Of a DNA stretch of 64,000 nucleotides, positions 33,092 through 43,017 are shown piece by piece. The stretch covers positions 1,280,001 through 1,344,000 of the forward strand of contig JBJBDL010000003.1 of assembly GCA_047285305.1 (NCBI GenBank). Reading direction: 5' to 3'. How positions within the stretch are numbered: position 1 is the first letter of the stretch; each line of letters starts with the position of its first letter. The translations under genes and the position numbers were made by a program. The notes below the pieces were generated by a model. It had not been told where the DNA came from. It ran no database searches and saw nothing but the letters and a program-made list of their open reading frames with translations. Origin of the DNA: Synechococcus sp. GTDB taxonomy: Bacteria; Cyanobacteriota; Cyanobacteriia; PCC-6307; Cyanobiaceae.

Positions 33092-34039
33092 CTACTCATC
33101 GTCGGCCGGTTGCCAGTGGCTGCCTGAGGTTTGCAAATTCAGCACCGGCGCTCGGCTGGCGACCCCTGCAGCTTCCCAGGCTTTGACCATGGCTCGACTG
33201 ACGGCTGGGCCTTTGTCTTCCTCGCACAGAGCCAGAATGCTTGGTCCGGCTCCGCTGATGGCGCAGCCCCAGGCTCCCGCGTCTATGGCGGCCTGTTTGA
33301 CCTGGTCGCCGCCTTTGATCAGGCGCCAGCGGTAAGGCTCGTGCAAACGATCATGCATGCCGTCGGAGATCAGATCACCATTGCCGGTGCGCAGCCCTTG
33401 AAGCAGCAGCGTTAGGGCACCCAGGTTGACCACAGCGTCGCCAACGGGGATGGCCTTGGGCATGGCCCGGCGGGCTTCGCTGGTGCTCAGGCGAATCGAT
33501 GGAATCGCCACGACGGCCTTAACGCTCGGCGTCCATTCACAACGCACCACGCGCCAGCGCTGAGAGGCGGCCTTGGCGGTCATGCAGAGGCCCCCCAAAA
33601 GGGAGGGCACAACGTTGTCGGGGTGACCTTCGATATCGATGGCCAGCTCCAGCAGCTTCTCCTTGGAGAGAGGCTCACCGACGAGGGCATTGGCTCCCAT
33701 CAATCCCGCCACGATCGCCGTGGCACTGCTGCCCAGCCCCCGTGCCGGCGGAACGGCAAGACGCACCCGTGCCTCAAGGGCGACGGGTTCCAGCCCAGCT
33801 GCTTTCCACACCCGTTGGGCCGCTCGGTAAACGAGGTTCTCAGGCCCACCCCGGAGGTGATTGCCTTCCGTTCCCTCAATAATCAGCTCAAATCGTTCAC
33901 CGCCCCCTTCGATCCGCCGCATCGCGAAGCGGTTGTTCAGATCAAGGGCTGCACCGAGGCAGTCAAATCCGGGGCCGAGATTGGCGGTGGTTGCCGGGAC
34001 GTCCACGACCACTTTCTGACCGATGCGCGGCTGCGCCAT
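33092..34039 (-). CDS. thrB: Homoserine kinase
   Basis: VPATTANLGPGFD, P.ARGLGSSA, EGHPDN, SGAGP. Confidence 0.96.
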   Translation of the reverse strand: MAQPRIGQKVVVDVPATTANLGPGFDCLGAALDLNNRFAMRRIEGGGERFELIIEGTEGNHLRGGPENLVYRAAQRVWKAAGLEPVALEARVRLAVPPARGLGSSATAIVAGLMGANALVGEPLSKEKLLELAIDIEGHPDNVVPSLLGGLCMTAKAASQRWRVVRCEWTPSVKAVVAIPSIRLSTSEARRAMPKAIPVGDAVVNLGALTLLLQGLRTGNGDLISDGMHDRLHEPYRWRLIKGGDQVKQAAIDAGAWGCAISGAGPSILALCEEDKGPAVSRAMVKAWEAAGVASRAPVLNLQTSGSHWQPADDE

Positions 34040-34053
34040 CGCTGATCCTCTGC

Positions 34054-35088
34054 TCAAGCCAGTGTCCCACCTGACTCCGCCAGCATCCGGGCGCGACAGG
34101 CTGCACTGAACAGTCCGGCATCGGGATCGATCACCACTGTGACCTGCATCCCTTCGATCAGTTCGCGGAAGCGTCCCTTATCGCGCATCGCATTGAGAAA
34201 GCTGGCGGATTGCAGGCCCTTCAATTGCTTTGATGCGGTGCCCCCGCCAACCCATAGGCCTCCTGTGCAGAGTTCTTGAAGAGCAAGATCGCCTGCCGCT
34301 GAGCCATAGGCCTCCAGCCAAAGCTGTAAGGCGCGTTGCATCAAAGGATCACCCCCTTCAGCGGCAAGGCTCACCTGAGCGGGAAGATCGTTGGAACTGT
34401 TGCGCCGCCAAGCCTCAGCCACGCTGCGCAGGGGGTGCATGGCGGCATCGGGTTTCTGAAGCAGCCAGTGGGCCACATGCCCCAGGCCGGTGCCACTCAC
34501 GATTCGTTCGATCGACAGGCGGCTGACGCCGAGGTCTTGTTTGAGCCAGGAGGCCAGCTCCCATTCCGCTTCATTGCGCGGCGCAAATTCGCGGTGCCCT
34601 CCTTCGCTCGCCAGGGCCACCAGTCCCTGTTCGCTCTGCAGGCCTCGCGCCATGCCGAGACCAGTGCCGGCCCCAAGAATGGCCAGGGGGCCCTTGTCTT
34701 GGTGGCCCTTCTGAAGGATTACCTGCTGATGGCTGTCGAAATGGGGCAGCCCGTAAATCAGCACGCCGAAATCATTCACCAGCTCGAGCTGTTCCATGCC
34801 GGCAGCCCGCGCCAGGTCGGCCTCTCGCAATCGCCAGGGCAGGTTGGTGATCCTGGCCTCCCTGTGTCGCACCGGACCGGCAACGGCGATGCAGGCATGC
34901 GCTGGAGCCGGGAGATCAGCGGGGCGATTGTTGAGGAAAGCCTCGAGCATCGGCTCAAGGGATGGCCATTCTCCCGAGCGGAAGCGTTCCTGATGCAGGA
35001 GGCGCAGCTGGCCCGCCTCACTCCCGTAAAGAGCAAGCAGAGTCTTGGTGCCTCCCATGTCCCCCGCCAGGAGTGTGGTGGTGGCCAT
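34054..35088 (-). CDS. glk: Glucokinase (Glk family)
   Basis: GDMGGT, ITNLPW, VNDF, GAGTGLG, SEGGH, ERIVSG.G. Confidence 0.92.
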   Translation of the reverse strand: MATTTLLAGDMGGTKTLLALYGSEAGQLRLLHQERFRSGEWPSLEPMLEAFLNNRPADLPAPAHACIAVAGPVRHREARITNLPWRLREADLARAAGMEQLELVNDFGVLIYGLPHFDSHQQVILQKGHQDKGPLAILGAGTGLGMARGLQSEQGLVALASEGGHREFAPRNEAEWELASWLKQDLGVSRLSIERIVSGTGLGHVAHWLLQKPDAAMHPLRSVAEAWRRNSSNDLPAQVSLAAEGGDPLMQRALQLWLEAYGSAAGDLALQELCTGGLWVGGGTASKQLKGLQSASFLNAMRDKGRFRELIEGMQVTVVIDPDAGLFSAACRARMLAESGGTLA

Positions 35089-35123
35089 CCAGGGCTGCGG
35101 CAAGTCCTACCAGCGTGGTTGGC

Positions 35124-35519
35124 TCAGGAGAAGAAGTCCAGTGGCAGCGGTCCCCAGGTGGTGCTTGGCGTGGTGTCGTCGTCACCGTGGCCACTGATCA
35201 GAATTCCTTCGCCAAGGCCATGCTCGATCCGAATGCGGATCGTGCCCCCCTTCTGATTGGCTTTCAGGAAAACAGGGCCCTGCTCCTCTGGGCTGTCGAC
35301 GATCTCCAGCGGCTCCCACTTTTGGCTTTGCTCGAGGCTGCGCAGCGCTGTGATGGCCTGTTCCCGGGACGGGGCCATGACGCCGATGGTGAACCAGCTG
35401 GCCTTGGCCATCGCCTGATCGAGTTCTCCTCGCAGTTCGTTTCTGATCGTGGGAAGCAACTCCGGCGCTCCCCGCAGACGCGCGAGATCGGCCAGGTGCT
35501 GCACAGGGGAATCCGTCAT
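35124..35519 (-). CDS. DUF1824 family protein
   Basis: WFTIGVMA, GPVFLKANQ, GEGILIS, TWGPLPLDFF. Confidence 0.85.
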   Translation of the reverse strand: MTDSPVQHLADLARLRGAPELLPTIRNELRGELDQAMAKASWFTIGVMAPSREQAITALRSLEQSQKWEPLEIVDSPEEQGPVFLKANQKGGTIRIRIEHGLGEGILISGHGDDDTTPSTTWGPLPLDFFS

Positions 35520-37351
35520 TGGTTCAGCTCCAGGCCCGCTGCGCGCTCGCTGTTGGCCATCTGGGCAGCATTGAGAAGGTCGGCCGCCGCTGTGACCCCG
35601 AGGTCACCGTCCCGTCGGCTGCGAAGGCTTACGGCGTTCTGCGCCGCTTCCTTGGCACCGATGACCGCAAGCACAGGGATCTTCATCTGTTCTCCGGTGC
35701 GGATCAACTTGCCGAGCCGGTCACCGCTGCGGTCGATGGTGGCGCGAACCCCAGCTTTGGTGAGTTGGTCCAACATTTGTTCGGCGTATGGCTGCACCTC
35801 GTCGGTGACAGGCAGCAGACGCACCTGCTCGGGGGCCAGCCAGAAGGGGTAATCGCCAGCGTAGTTCTCGGTCATGATCCCGAAGAACCGCTCCAGCGAA
35901 CCGAAGATGGCGCGGTGGATCATGATCGGCCGCTGCTTGCTGCCGTCGGCGGCGATGTAGTCGAGCTCGAACCGTTCCGGCAGGTTGAAATCCAACTGGA
36001 TGGTTGAGCACTGCCACATCCGGCCGATGGCGTCTTCGATCTTGAGGTCGATTTTCGGGCCGTAGAACGCACCGCCGCCCTCATCGATTTTGTAGGCCCA
36101 ACCCTTGCGCTCCAGGGCTTCAATCAGTCCATTGGTGGCCAGGCTCCAGACGGCGTCGTCGCCGATGGACTTCTCGGGGCGGGTGGAGAGGTTGATCTCG
36201 TAATTGCTGAAATCGAAGGCAGAGAGGATCCGTTCGGTGAGATCGAGGATCTTCAGGATCTCGTCGCTGATCTGCTCCGGCAGGCAGAACACGTGGGCAT
36301 CGTCCTGGGTGAAGCCTCGTACCCGCATCAAACCGTGCATCACGCCGGGCCGCTCGTAGCGATACACCGTTCCAAGCTCCGCCCAGCGGATGGGCAGTTC
36401 CCGGTAGCTGCGCAGTTTGCTGGCGTAGGTGAGCACGTGGAACGGGCAGTTCATCGGCTTGAGCTGGTACTCCCGTTCGTCCACCTCCATCGGGCCGAAC
36501 ATGCTCTCGGCGTAGAAGTCGAGGTGGCCTGAGGTCTTCCATAGGCTGATGTCCGCCACGTGGGGGGTGTAAAGGAGTTCATATCCGCCCTCAAAGTGGG
36601 CCTGGCGCCAAAACTCCTCGATCAACAGGCGCATGCGGGCACCGCGGGGGTGCCAGAACACCAGACCAGCCCCGGCCTCATCCTCGATGGAGAACAGGTC
36701 GAGATCTTTCCCGATGCGGCGATGGTCGCGGCGGAGAGCTTCTTCCTTGCGACGTTTGTGCTCCGCCAGCTGTTCCGGGGTTTCCCAGGCCGTGCCGTAG
36801 ATGCGTTGCAGCTGCGCTTTGGTTTCATCGCCTCGCCAGTAAGCGCCTGCCACGCTTTCCAGCTCGAAGGCCTTGGCATTGAGTTGGCCGGTGTGATCCA
36901 CGTGGGGGCCAGCACAGAGGTCCCACCAGGCCTCCCCAAGGGTGTAGAGGGTGATCGGCTCCTGCAGTCCTTCAAGAATCTCGAGCTTGTATGGCTCGTT
37001 CTGGGCTTTGATTTTTTCCTCGGCTTCGTCGCGGCTCACCTCGACACGTTCGAGAGGCAGCTTCTTGTTGATGATCTTGATCATCCCTTTCTTGATGGCC
37101 TTCAGGTCGGCCTCGGTGAAGGGATCGGGATTGTCGAAGTCGTAATAGAAACCTGTTTCTGTCCAAGGGCCGATGGTGACGCGTGCCTTGGGAAACAACT
37201 GCTGCACAGCCATGGCCATCACATGGCTCATGGAGTGCCGAATCTTCAGCAGTTGATCGCTTTCGCTGGTCTTGGGCAGAACCACCGGTGCTGAAGGGGC
37301 TGGGGTGGTTGCTGCAGCGCTGCTCACCGGTTCAGGTTCAGGGCCCGTCAT
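35516..37351 (-). CDS. thrS: Threonine--tRNA ligase
   Basis: RHSMSHVMA, DLCAGPH, KPMNCP, FTQDDAH, HRAIFGSLERF. Confidence 0.97.
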   Translation of the reverse strand: MTGPEPEPVSSAAATTPAPSAPVVLPKTSESDQLLKIRHSMSHVMAMAVQQLFPKARVTIGPWTETGFYYDFDNPDPFTEADLKAIKKGMIKIINKKLPLERVEVSRDEAEEKIKAQNEPYKLEILEGLQEPITLYTLGEAWWDLCAGPHVDHTGQLNAKAFELESVAGAYWRGDETKAQLQRIYGTAWETPEQLAEHKRRKEEALRRDHRRIGKDLDLFSIEDEAGAGLVFWHPRGARMRLLIEEFWRQAHFEGGYELLYTPHVADISLWKTSGHLDFYAESMFGPMEVDEREYQLKPMNCPFHVLTYASKLRSYRELPIRWAELGTVYRYERPGVMHGLMRVRGFTQDDAHVFCLPEQISDEILKILDLTERILSAFDFSNYEINLSTRPEKSIGDDAVWSLATNGLIEALERKGWAYKIDEGGGAFYGPKIDLKIEDAIGRMWQCSTIQLDFNLPERFELDYIAADGSKQRPIMIHRAIFGSLERFFGIMTENYAGDYPFWLAPEQVRLLPVTDEVQPYAEQMLDQLTKAGVRATIDRSGDRLGKLIRTGEQMKIPVLAVIGAKEAAQNAVSLRSRRDGDLGVTAAADLLNAAQMANSERAAGLELNQ

Positions 37352-37378
37352 CCTATGGGCGAGACCCGAGGGCTACAG

Positions 37379-37711
37379 GTGGGTGAGTCAACCAATCAGG
37401 AAGCTGGCGCACTGTTGGATGAGTTGCTGGCATCCCTGCTCGATGACTTCGAGCATTGGTTTCAGCGCGGTGAGGAGCTTCTGCAGGCCTGTCCGGACGA
37501 GGTGATGCCGTTGCAGGAGCGCCGACGAATGGAGGAGCGGCTGCAGGACGGCAAGAAGGCCATTGCTGCAACACGTTCACTTGTGACTGCATCAACGCAG
37601 CCCATGGCGGTCTCGATGGAGGTGATGAACCCTTGGCATGGCTTAGTCACGGAGGTGTGGGCCCTGGCCGCGAGGTTGGGGTCGAACCGTTCGCATCAGG
37701 CTCCTAGCTGA
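37379..37711 (+). CDS. DUF2605 family protein
   Basis: LLDDFEHWF.R..ELL, M.PWH.LV.E.W. Confidence 0.8.
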   Translation: MGESTNQEAGALLDELLASLLDDFEHWFQRGEELLQACPDEVMPLQERRRMEERLQDGKKAIAATRSLVTASTQPMAVSMEVMNPWHGLVTEVWALAARLGSNRSHQAPS

Positions 37712-38391
37712 TTGCGCAGCTGGCGCAGGTTGCTGCTGTAAAAGCTCGCCAGTTCCTGAGGGCTCTTCACCGGTTGACCGTAGGCGGAGCGGCCGGTCCA
37801 GGTGGGGAAGGATGCCCATTCGGGAGCTAGCTTCGCCATGGCGTTCCTGGTCAGACCTTTCCGGTCAATTTCCTTGAGAGCACCGCGACGATCAACAAGG
37901 TGCAGAGCGGCTTGGTCCTGGTGCCTTGGCTCGAAGCTGGACAGCTTGAGCTCCTTTGCCACGCCTTTCCAGGTCTTGGGCAGGAATTGATAGGCTCCCG
38001 CTGCGGCGCTGGCGTAGCCCTTCACGATCACCCGCTCGGGATGACGTGAGAGGTCCTGAAACTGCCCGCCGCCGTAAATGATCTGGTAGCCCTTGTCTTC
38101 GCCGTCTTTCCAGGTCCCCTCGGCGTAGCGAATGGTGTTGAGCAGGGCGCGTCGCTCAGGTGTCAGCTCGTAACGACCACCCTCCTTGCCGGAGGACAGG
38201 GTGGCGCGGGTGCTGGGGGCGCTTTGCTCGGCCTGTTCTGCAGGCGCCTCTGCTTTCTTGGGCGGCTGTGTAGCTCCTGCAGACAGCACCAATCCTGCGG
38301 TCAGGGCTGCACCGACCACAGGCCGGCTCCAACGCGTGACTGGGCTGAACACAGAAAAACGGCGATGCACGCAGAACAATCGGGTGGACAA
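37696..38391 (-). CDS. Lambda-lysozyme-like glycoside hydrolase (GH104/GH24 clan), exported
   Basis: ALLNTIRYAEGT, SAAAGAYQFL..TW, F.P..QD.AA, LAPEWASFP; start uncertain. Confidence 0.88.
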   Translation of the reverse strand: MSTRLFCVHRRFSVFSPVTRWSRPVVGAALTAGLVLSAGATQPPKKAEAPAEQAEQSAPSTRATLSSGKEGGRYELTPERRALLNTIRYAEGTWKDGEDKGYQIIYGGGQFQDLSRHPERVIVKGYASAAAGAYQFLPKTWKGVAKELKLSSFEPRHQDQAALHLVDRRGALKEIDRKGLTRNAMAKLAPEWASFPTWTGRSAYGQPVKSPQELASFYSSNLRQLRNQLGA

Positions 38392-38604
38392 TCAGGGTGC
38401 TGGCCTACGAGGCCTGGACGCGAGTTCTGTGCCTGAGGGGTTGACGCGCCGTCTGTGCTGTGTCTAGGCAGCTGAGAGAAGGCTGAGAGTCTTGCGAGAC
38501 TCTTGTCTGTAGCTGAAGTTGTCTCCCTCAAGCCTCAGGGGCAATGGCTTAGGCCTATGGCCGTCGCATTGATCAGAGCAGCTAATGCTTCTCTTTGTTG
38601 CTGA

Positions 38605-39618
38605 TCAGGCTGGCCGGGCGAAGCCCAAGGCATCCCTAACCCGTTCAAGCGTGGCGTTGGCCACGGTTTCGGCCTTTTCGCGGCCTGTTCTCAGCACCTG
38701 ATCGAGCTCTGTGGGGTCCTGCATCAGCTCCCGGTAGCGGGCCTGGATGGGCTCCAGCGCGCTCACGGTGGCTTCGGCCAGCAGCGGCTTGAACTGTCCC
38801 CAACCCATCTCGGCGCATTCGGTGGCAGCCTGCTCCCGCCCATTGCCGCTCAGGATTGCATAGAGCCCAAGCAGGTTGTCGGTTTCTGGTCGATCGGGGT
38901 TGCCGAATTCGAGGCCACGCTCTGGATCGGTCTTGGCGCGTTTGATCTTTTTGGTGATCAACTCTGGAGGGTCCAGAAGCGTGATGCGACTCCCCTCGTT
39001 GGGATCGCTCTTGCTCATCTTGCTGCGACCATCCGTCAGGCTCATCACCCGTGCCCCTTCTTTGAGGATCATCGGTTTGGGCACTTTGAGTACCGGCGTG
39101 TCCTTGCCGCCGAAGCGGGCATTGATGCGCTGCTGGGCGATGTCACGCGCCAGCTCCAGGTGCTGCTTCTGATCCTCACCGACGGGCACCAGGTCAGCGT
39201 CGTAGAGAAGGATGTCGGCGGCCATCAACACCGGATAGTCCAGCAGCCCCACGGAGACGTTGTCCCCCTGCTTCACCGCTTTCTCCTTGAACTGGATCAT
39301 GCGCTCCAGCCAGTTGAGCGGCGTGACGCAATTTAGTAACCAGCACAGTTCGCTGTGGGCTGCCACCTGGCTCTGCACAAACACCGAACAGCGCTTGGGG
39401 TCCATGCCACAGGCCAGGTAGAGCGCTGCTGTGGAACGGGTGTCCTCGGCTAGGCGGCTGGGGTCATGGGGAACGGTTATGGCGTGGAGATCCACAACGC
39501 ATACAAAGGTGTCATGGGTCTCCTGCAGATCAACCCAATTGCGGATGGCACCCAGCCAATTGCCGAGGTGCAGTGCTCCGGTCGGTTGCACCCCGGAAAG
39601 AACCCTTGGCCGGCTCAT
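38605..39618 (-). CDS. trpS: Tryptophan--tRNA ligase
   Basis: SGVQPTG.LHLGN, VPVGEDQ.QHLEL, KMSKS. Confidence 0.97.
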   Translation of the reverse strand: MSRPRVLSGVQPTGALHLGNWLGAIRNWVDLQETHDTFVCVVDLHAITVPHDPSRLAEDTRSTAALYLACGMDPKRCSVFVQSQVAAHSELCWLLNCVTPLNWLERMIQFKEKAVKQGDNVSVGLLDYPVLMAADILLYDADLVPVGEDQKQHLELARDIAQQRINARFGGKDTPVLKVPKPMILKEGARVMSLTDGRSKMSKSDPNEGSRITLLDPPELITKKIKRAKTDPERGLEFGNPDRPETDNLLGLYAILSGNGREQAATECAEMGWGQFKPLLAEATVSALEPIQARYRELMQDPTELDQVLRTGREKAETVANATLERVRDALGFARPA

Positions 39619-39621
39619 CAA

Positions 39622-40122
39622 TCAGGCCTCTTTTGCTTCGGTGTTGGTGTCGTCGCTGGCGGTTGCTTCTGACTCCACCACCGGCTCCACCACTGGTTCG
39701 GCCTCCGGCTCGGCAACCGGTTCAGCCGCCGCTTCCGGCTGGGGTTTGGCCGGTCGGGCAAAGGGATTCGGACGGGACCCACGGCCACCACGCTCATCGT
39801 CAGAGCGGCGGCCACGACCACCACCCTCACGCCGGCCACCTCGGGCGGGCTGATTCCGCTGCTGTTCGATCAGTGCGTCGAGTTGGCCGTCCTCCAGCAT
39901 TTGGCCAAGGCTGCGGACTGCGAAACCCAGCACAGCCACGGTCGAGCGGAGATTGAAGGCCTCCTGTAGGGCCCGTGCTGAGCGCATTTCGTTGTCACTC
40001 AGGCGAATCCGGAAGCCTCCGCCTTCACGGCCGCCACCACGGTTGCCACGACTGCGCTGACCATCTCGGCCGCCGTCTCCTTGTCCCGCCTGTTGTTGGG
40101 GATCGCTGTAGGAATCACTCAT
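39622..40122 (-). CDS. Conserved hypothetical protein with Gly/Arg- and Glu/Pro-rich arms
   Basis: GGFRIRLSDNEMR.ARALQEAFNLRSTVAVLGF core. Confidence 0.75.
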   Translation of the reverse strand: MSDSYSDPQQQAGQGDGGRDGQRSRGNRGGGREGGGFRIRLSDNEMRSARALQEAFNLRSTVAVLGFAVRSLGQMLEDGQLDALIEQQRNQPARGGRREGGGRGRRSDDERGGRGSRPNPFARPAKPQPEAAAEPVAEPEAEPVVEPVVESEATASDDTNTEAKEA

Positions 40123-40138
40123 GGCCCATGGCCTGGAA

Positions 40139-40666
40139 TCAGGCGCAAGTGTGACGCATCACCGGGGTGTTTTCGGTGATCCAGAGCAGCTGGTGGTATT
40201 CAACGCTGTTCTTTCGAGCCAGCACGAGCATCGGAACCACCGTGATCCCCCGTTCAATCCGCTCGCGATAGCTGCTCACCAGTTGTCGGTACCGCTCGGC
40301 TGTCCAACCGTGGATGGCTGTGTCACGACTGTTCCAGTAGTGCCGTAGCGCTCTTTGGCAGTCCTCGATGCCGAACTCCCGCCAGCAGTTCTGTTGGGCC
40401 AACAGTGGATCCATTCCCTGCTGCAGCAAGCGCCGGTAATGCATCAATTCCGGGGCTTCATCGCGCCCATCCGGAGGGAGCCAACGATGCAGCTCGGTCA
40501 GGGGAGTTCGAGACAGCCGTAGCCAGCAGCGTTCCCGTATCAACACTGGCAGTTGCCACGACCAACCCTCGGAACGACGGACTTCATCGAGCACCTCAAT
40601 CAATCCCCGCTGCTGACGCTCGGTCAGCCCAGCGAGCTCATGGGGTGTGGTGTCTACCTCAGCCAT
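40139..40666 (-). CDS. Conserved hypothetical protein
   Basis: 175 aa, coupled to the CDF gene; RERCWLRL, CWREFG..DC, PMLVLAR. Confidence 0.7.
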   Translation of the reverse strand: MAEVDTTPHELAGLTERQQRGLIEVLDEVRRSEGWSWQLPVLIRERCWLRLSRTPLTELHRWLPPDGRDEAPELMHYRRLLQQGMDPLLAQQNCWREFGIEDCQRALRHYWNSRDTAIHGWTAERYRQLVSSYRERIERGITVVPMLVLARKNSVEYHQLLWITENTPVMRHTCA

Positions 40667-41585
40667 GGGCGCCGGTGTAGGTGATCTCGTCCTCCACGTA
40701 GTCCTTGGGTTCCAGATGGATGGTGCACCGCACCGGCCCGAAACTTTCGTCTAAGCGCTCTTCCACCTGTTCGGTGATCCGGTGCGCCTTGGTGAGGTCG
40801 TCTGCATCGACAACCATATGCATTTCAATGAACACCTGCTGACCCAGAACGCCCCGGCTGGCGATGTCGTGGCAGTTCAAGACGCCGGCGGTGGCCATCG
40901 CTTCGGCATAGATGGCTTCAGGCGCAACCGCCATGTGGTCCACCAGCCAGGGCAAGGTTCCGCGCAGCACCTGCCAGCACACACGGATCAGTAGAAGTGC
41001 CATGGGGATGGCCAGCGCGACGTCGAGCCAGCTCACCTGCAGCCACACCGCCCCCGCCATGCCCACAAGCACCACCACGGTGGTCCAAACATCGCTCGCC
41101 GCATGTTGAGCATCCGCTTTGAGGAGGTTGCTGTTCATTCGCCGACCTTCCCGCAGCTCATATCCCGCCAGCAGGAGGTTGAACCCCAGCACCAGTGTGA
41201 GCAGCACAAGCTCCTGGCTGGTCACCCGGATGGGTGGCAGGCCCTCGAGGAGCCTCTCCCCCGAACGCAGCAGAATCTCAAGGGCTGTGAACAGGATGAA
41301 ACCAGCGATGCCCAGGGCTCCTACCGCCTCGTATTTGCGGTGGCCGTAGGGGTGATCCCTGTCGGGGCGTGGATCAGACAGTTTGTTGGTGACCAGTCCC
41401 GTGAGGCTGGACAACGCATCCGTGGCGCTGTGCATGCCATCGGCGATCACCGCCAGGGAACCACTCATTGCCCCCACCAGAAGCTTCAGCAGCGACATGC
41501 TGATATTCAGGCCCAGGGCCACCATGAGAACCCTGCGCACCCCCCGGCGGTTATCGACCATCGCATTGGGATGACTGTGTGTCAC
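40659..41585 (-). CDS. Cation diffusion facilitator (CDF) transporter
   Basis: ADGMHS.TD, PDRDHPYGH.KYE, ADA.H..SD, TIHLEP. Confidence 0.93.
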   Translation of the reverse strand: MTHSHPNAMVDNRRGVRRVLMVALGLNISMSLLKLLVGAMSGSLAVIADGMHSATDALSSLTGLVTNKLSDPRPDRDHPYGHRKYEAVGALGIAGFILFTALEILLRSGERLLEGLPPIRVTSQELVLLTLVLGFNLLLAGYELREGRRMNSNLLKADAQHAASDVWTTVVVLVGMAGAVWLQVSWLDVALAIPMALLLIRVCWQVLRGTLPWLVDHMAVAPEAIYAEAMATAGVLNCHDIASRGVLGQQVFIEMHMVVDADDLTKAHRITEQVEERLDESFGPVRCTIHLEPKDYVEDEITYTGAHG

Positions 41586-41730
41586 GGCTTACTCCGGCCT
41601 GTTCCCAACTTATGGAGAACTCGTGTTTCTGGCCTGAAGTTCTGGTGTCAGGTGGTGGGTTGAGCTAAGAAGGGCCACTGCTACAGCAGCCGATCTGTTG
41701 AAACTCCCGGCTTCATGGCCAGAACTGGTG

Positions 41731-43014
41731 ATGCCACCGTCGTCGCTGTTGCGGCCGTTGGCTCTGGCTGGAGCTGGTCTGCTTGCTGGACAGTGGCTGA
41801 TCAGTGATGTGATGCATGTTCCCGGCGGGGGGCTGGGTCTGCTTGCCGCCGGAGGCGTTGTGATCTGGCTTGGCCGCAAGCCAAGTCAGCCGCGGTTTGT
41901 AGCGCCGGTCTCTCTGGACGGATGGATCGCTCGGTGCCAGGAGGTGCTGAATCAATTCGCACTTTTTGAGCAGCAACCCTCTGCCGATCTGGCCCGTCGC
42001 GCTGAACTGAAAAGGGTGCTGGACCGCTGCGGTCCGGTGCGCATGGCGATGGTCGCCTTGGGGGGCTCTCAGGGACCGAATGAAGCAGACCTCAGCAGCT
42101 CTCTTGCTGGCCCGGCGCCAGTGACGCTGTCGCTCTGCCATCCCCTGACCACTGATGACGGCAGCCGTTGCTGGCCTCGCGGCCTGCTGGATCAGGATCT
42201 GATCCTGTTCAGCATGCAGGCGCCACTGCTGGCCTCAGATCTGCTCTGGCTTCAGCAGGTGCCCGACGATCAGCCGGCCTGGCTGCTTGTGTCGACCGAC
42301 GCGCAGGACGCATCCACCGATGCCGTCGCTGCTGTTCGGGACGTCCTTCCCGAGCGCTGGCGTGAGCGGATCCTGGTTCAGGAGTCTTCGATGCAGTTGC
42401 GCACTGCCCTAGCACCGTTTCGCCGTTCGCTGAAACATGCTTCGGTGGAGACGCGTCCGCGACTCTTGGCGGAATTGCATCGCCGTTGGCAGCGTGAACT
42501 CGAATCGCTTCGGCGCGAACGCTTTCTGCAGATCCAGCAGCGCACCCAGTGGCTGGTGGCCGGGTCTGTGATGGCCTCCCCCATCGCCAGCCTTGATCTT
42601 CTTGCCGTCACGGTGGCGAACGGTTTGATGATCAAGGAGATGGGAGAGGTCTGGGGAACATCGCTGCAGCCGGATGTGTTGAGGGAAGCGGCGGCGCAGC
42701 TGGCTCGGGTGGCTCTTGCCCAGGGCGTGGTGGAGTGGACCGGACAGACCTTGCTTGGGCTGGCCAAGCTGGATGGGGGGAGCTGGCTGATCGCCGGTTC
42801 GATGCAGGCCCTCAGTGCGGCTTACCTCACCCGTGTGGTGGGACGCTCCATGGCGGATTGGCTGGCGATCAATGCCGGCGTCGATGAGCTTGATCTTGTG
42901 GCCTTGAAGCAGCAGGCACCGTTGTTGGTGGCTCGGGCTGCAGAGGAGGAACGGGTGAACTGGAATGGCTTCGTTCAGCAATCCCGCGAGTGGCTGCTTC
43001 ATGCAACTTCATGA
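41731..43014 (+). CDS. YcjF/DUF697 family protein
   Basis: QW.VAG.V.ASP..SLDLL...ANGLM..EM, G.MQALSAAYLTRVVG. Confidence 0.8.
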   Translation: MPPSSLLRPLALAGAGLLAGQWLISDVMHVPGGGLGLLAAGGVVIWLGRKPSQPRFVAPVSLDGWIARCQEVLNQFALFEQQPSADLARRAELKRVLDRCGPVRMAMVALGGSQGPNEADLSSSLAGPAPVTLSLCHPLTTDDGSRCWPRGLLDQDLILFSMQAPLLASDLLWLQQVPDDQPAWLLVSTDAQDASTDAVAAVRDVLPERWRERILVQESSMQLRTALAPFRRSLKHASVETRPRLLAELHRRWQRELESLRRERFLQIQQRTQWLVAGSVMASPIASLDLLAVTVANGLMIKEMGEVWGTSLQPDVLREAAAQLARVALAQGVVEWTGQTLLGLAKLDGGSWLIAGSMQALSAAYLTRVVGRSMADWLAINAGVDELDLVALKQQAPLLVARAAEEERVNWNGFVQQSREWLLHATS

Positions 43015-43017
43015 ACG

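Noticed and set aside
37696..38391. Prophage
   Set aside because: Single lysozyme among housekeeping genes; no integrase, terminase or structural genes
39690..39760. EPVAEPEAEPVVEPVVE repeats
   Set aside because: Ordinary low-complexity protein tail
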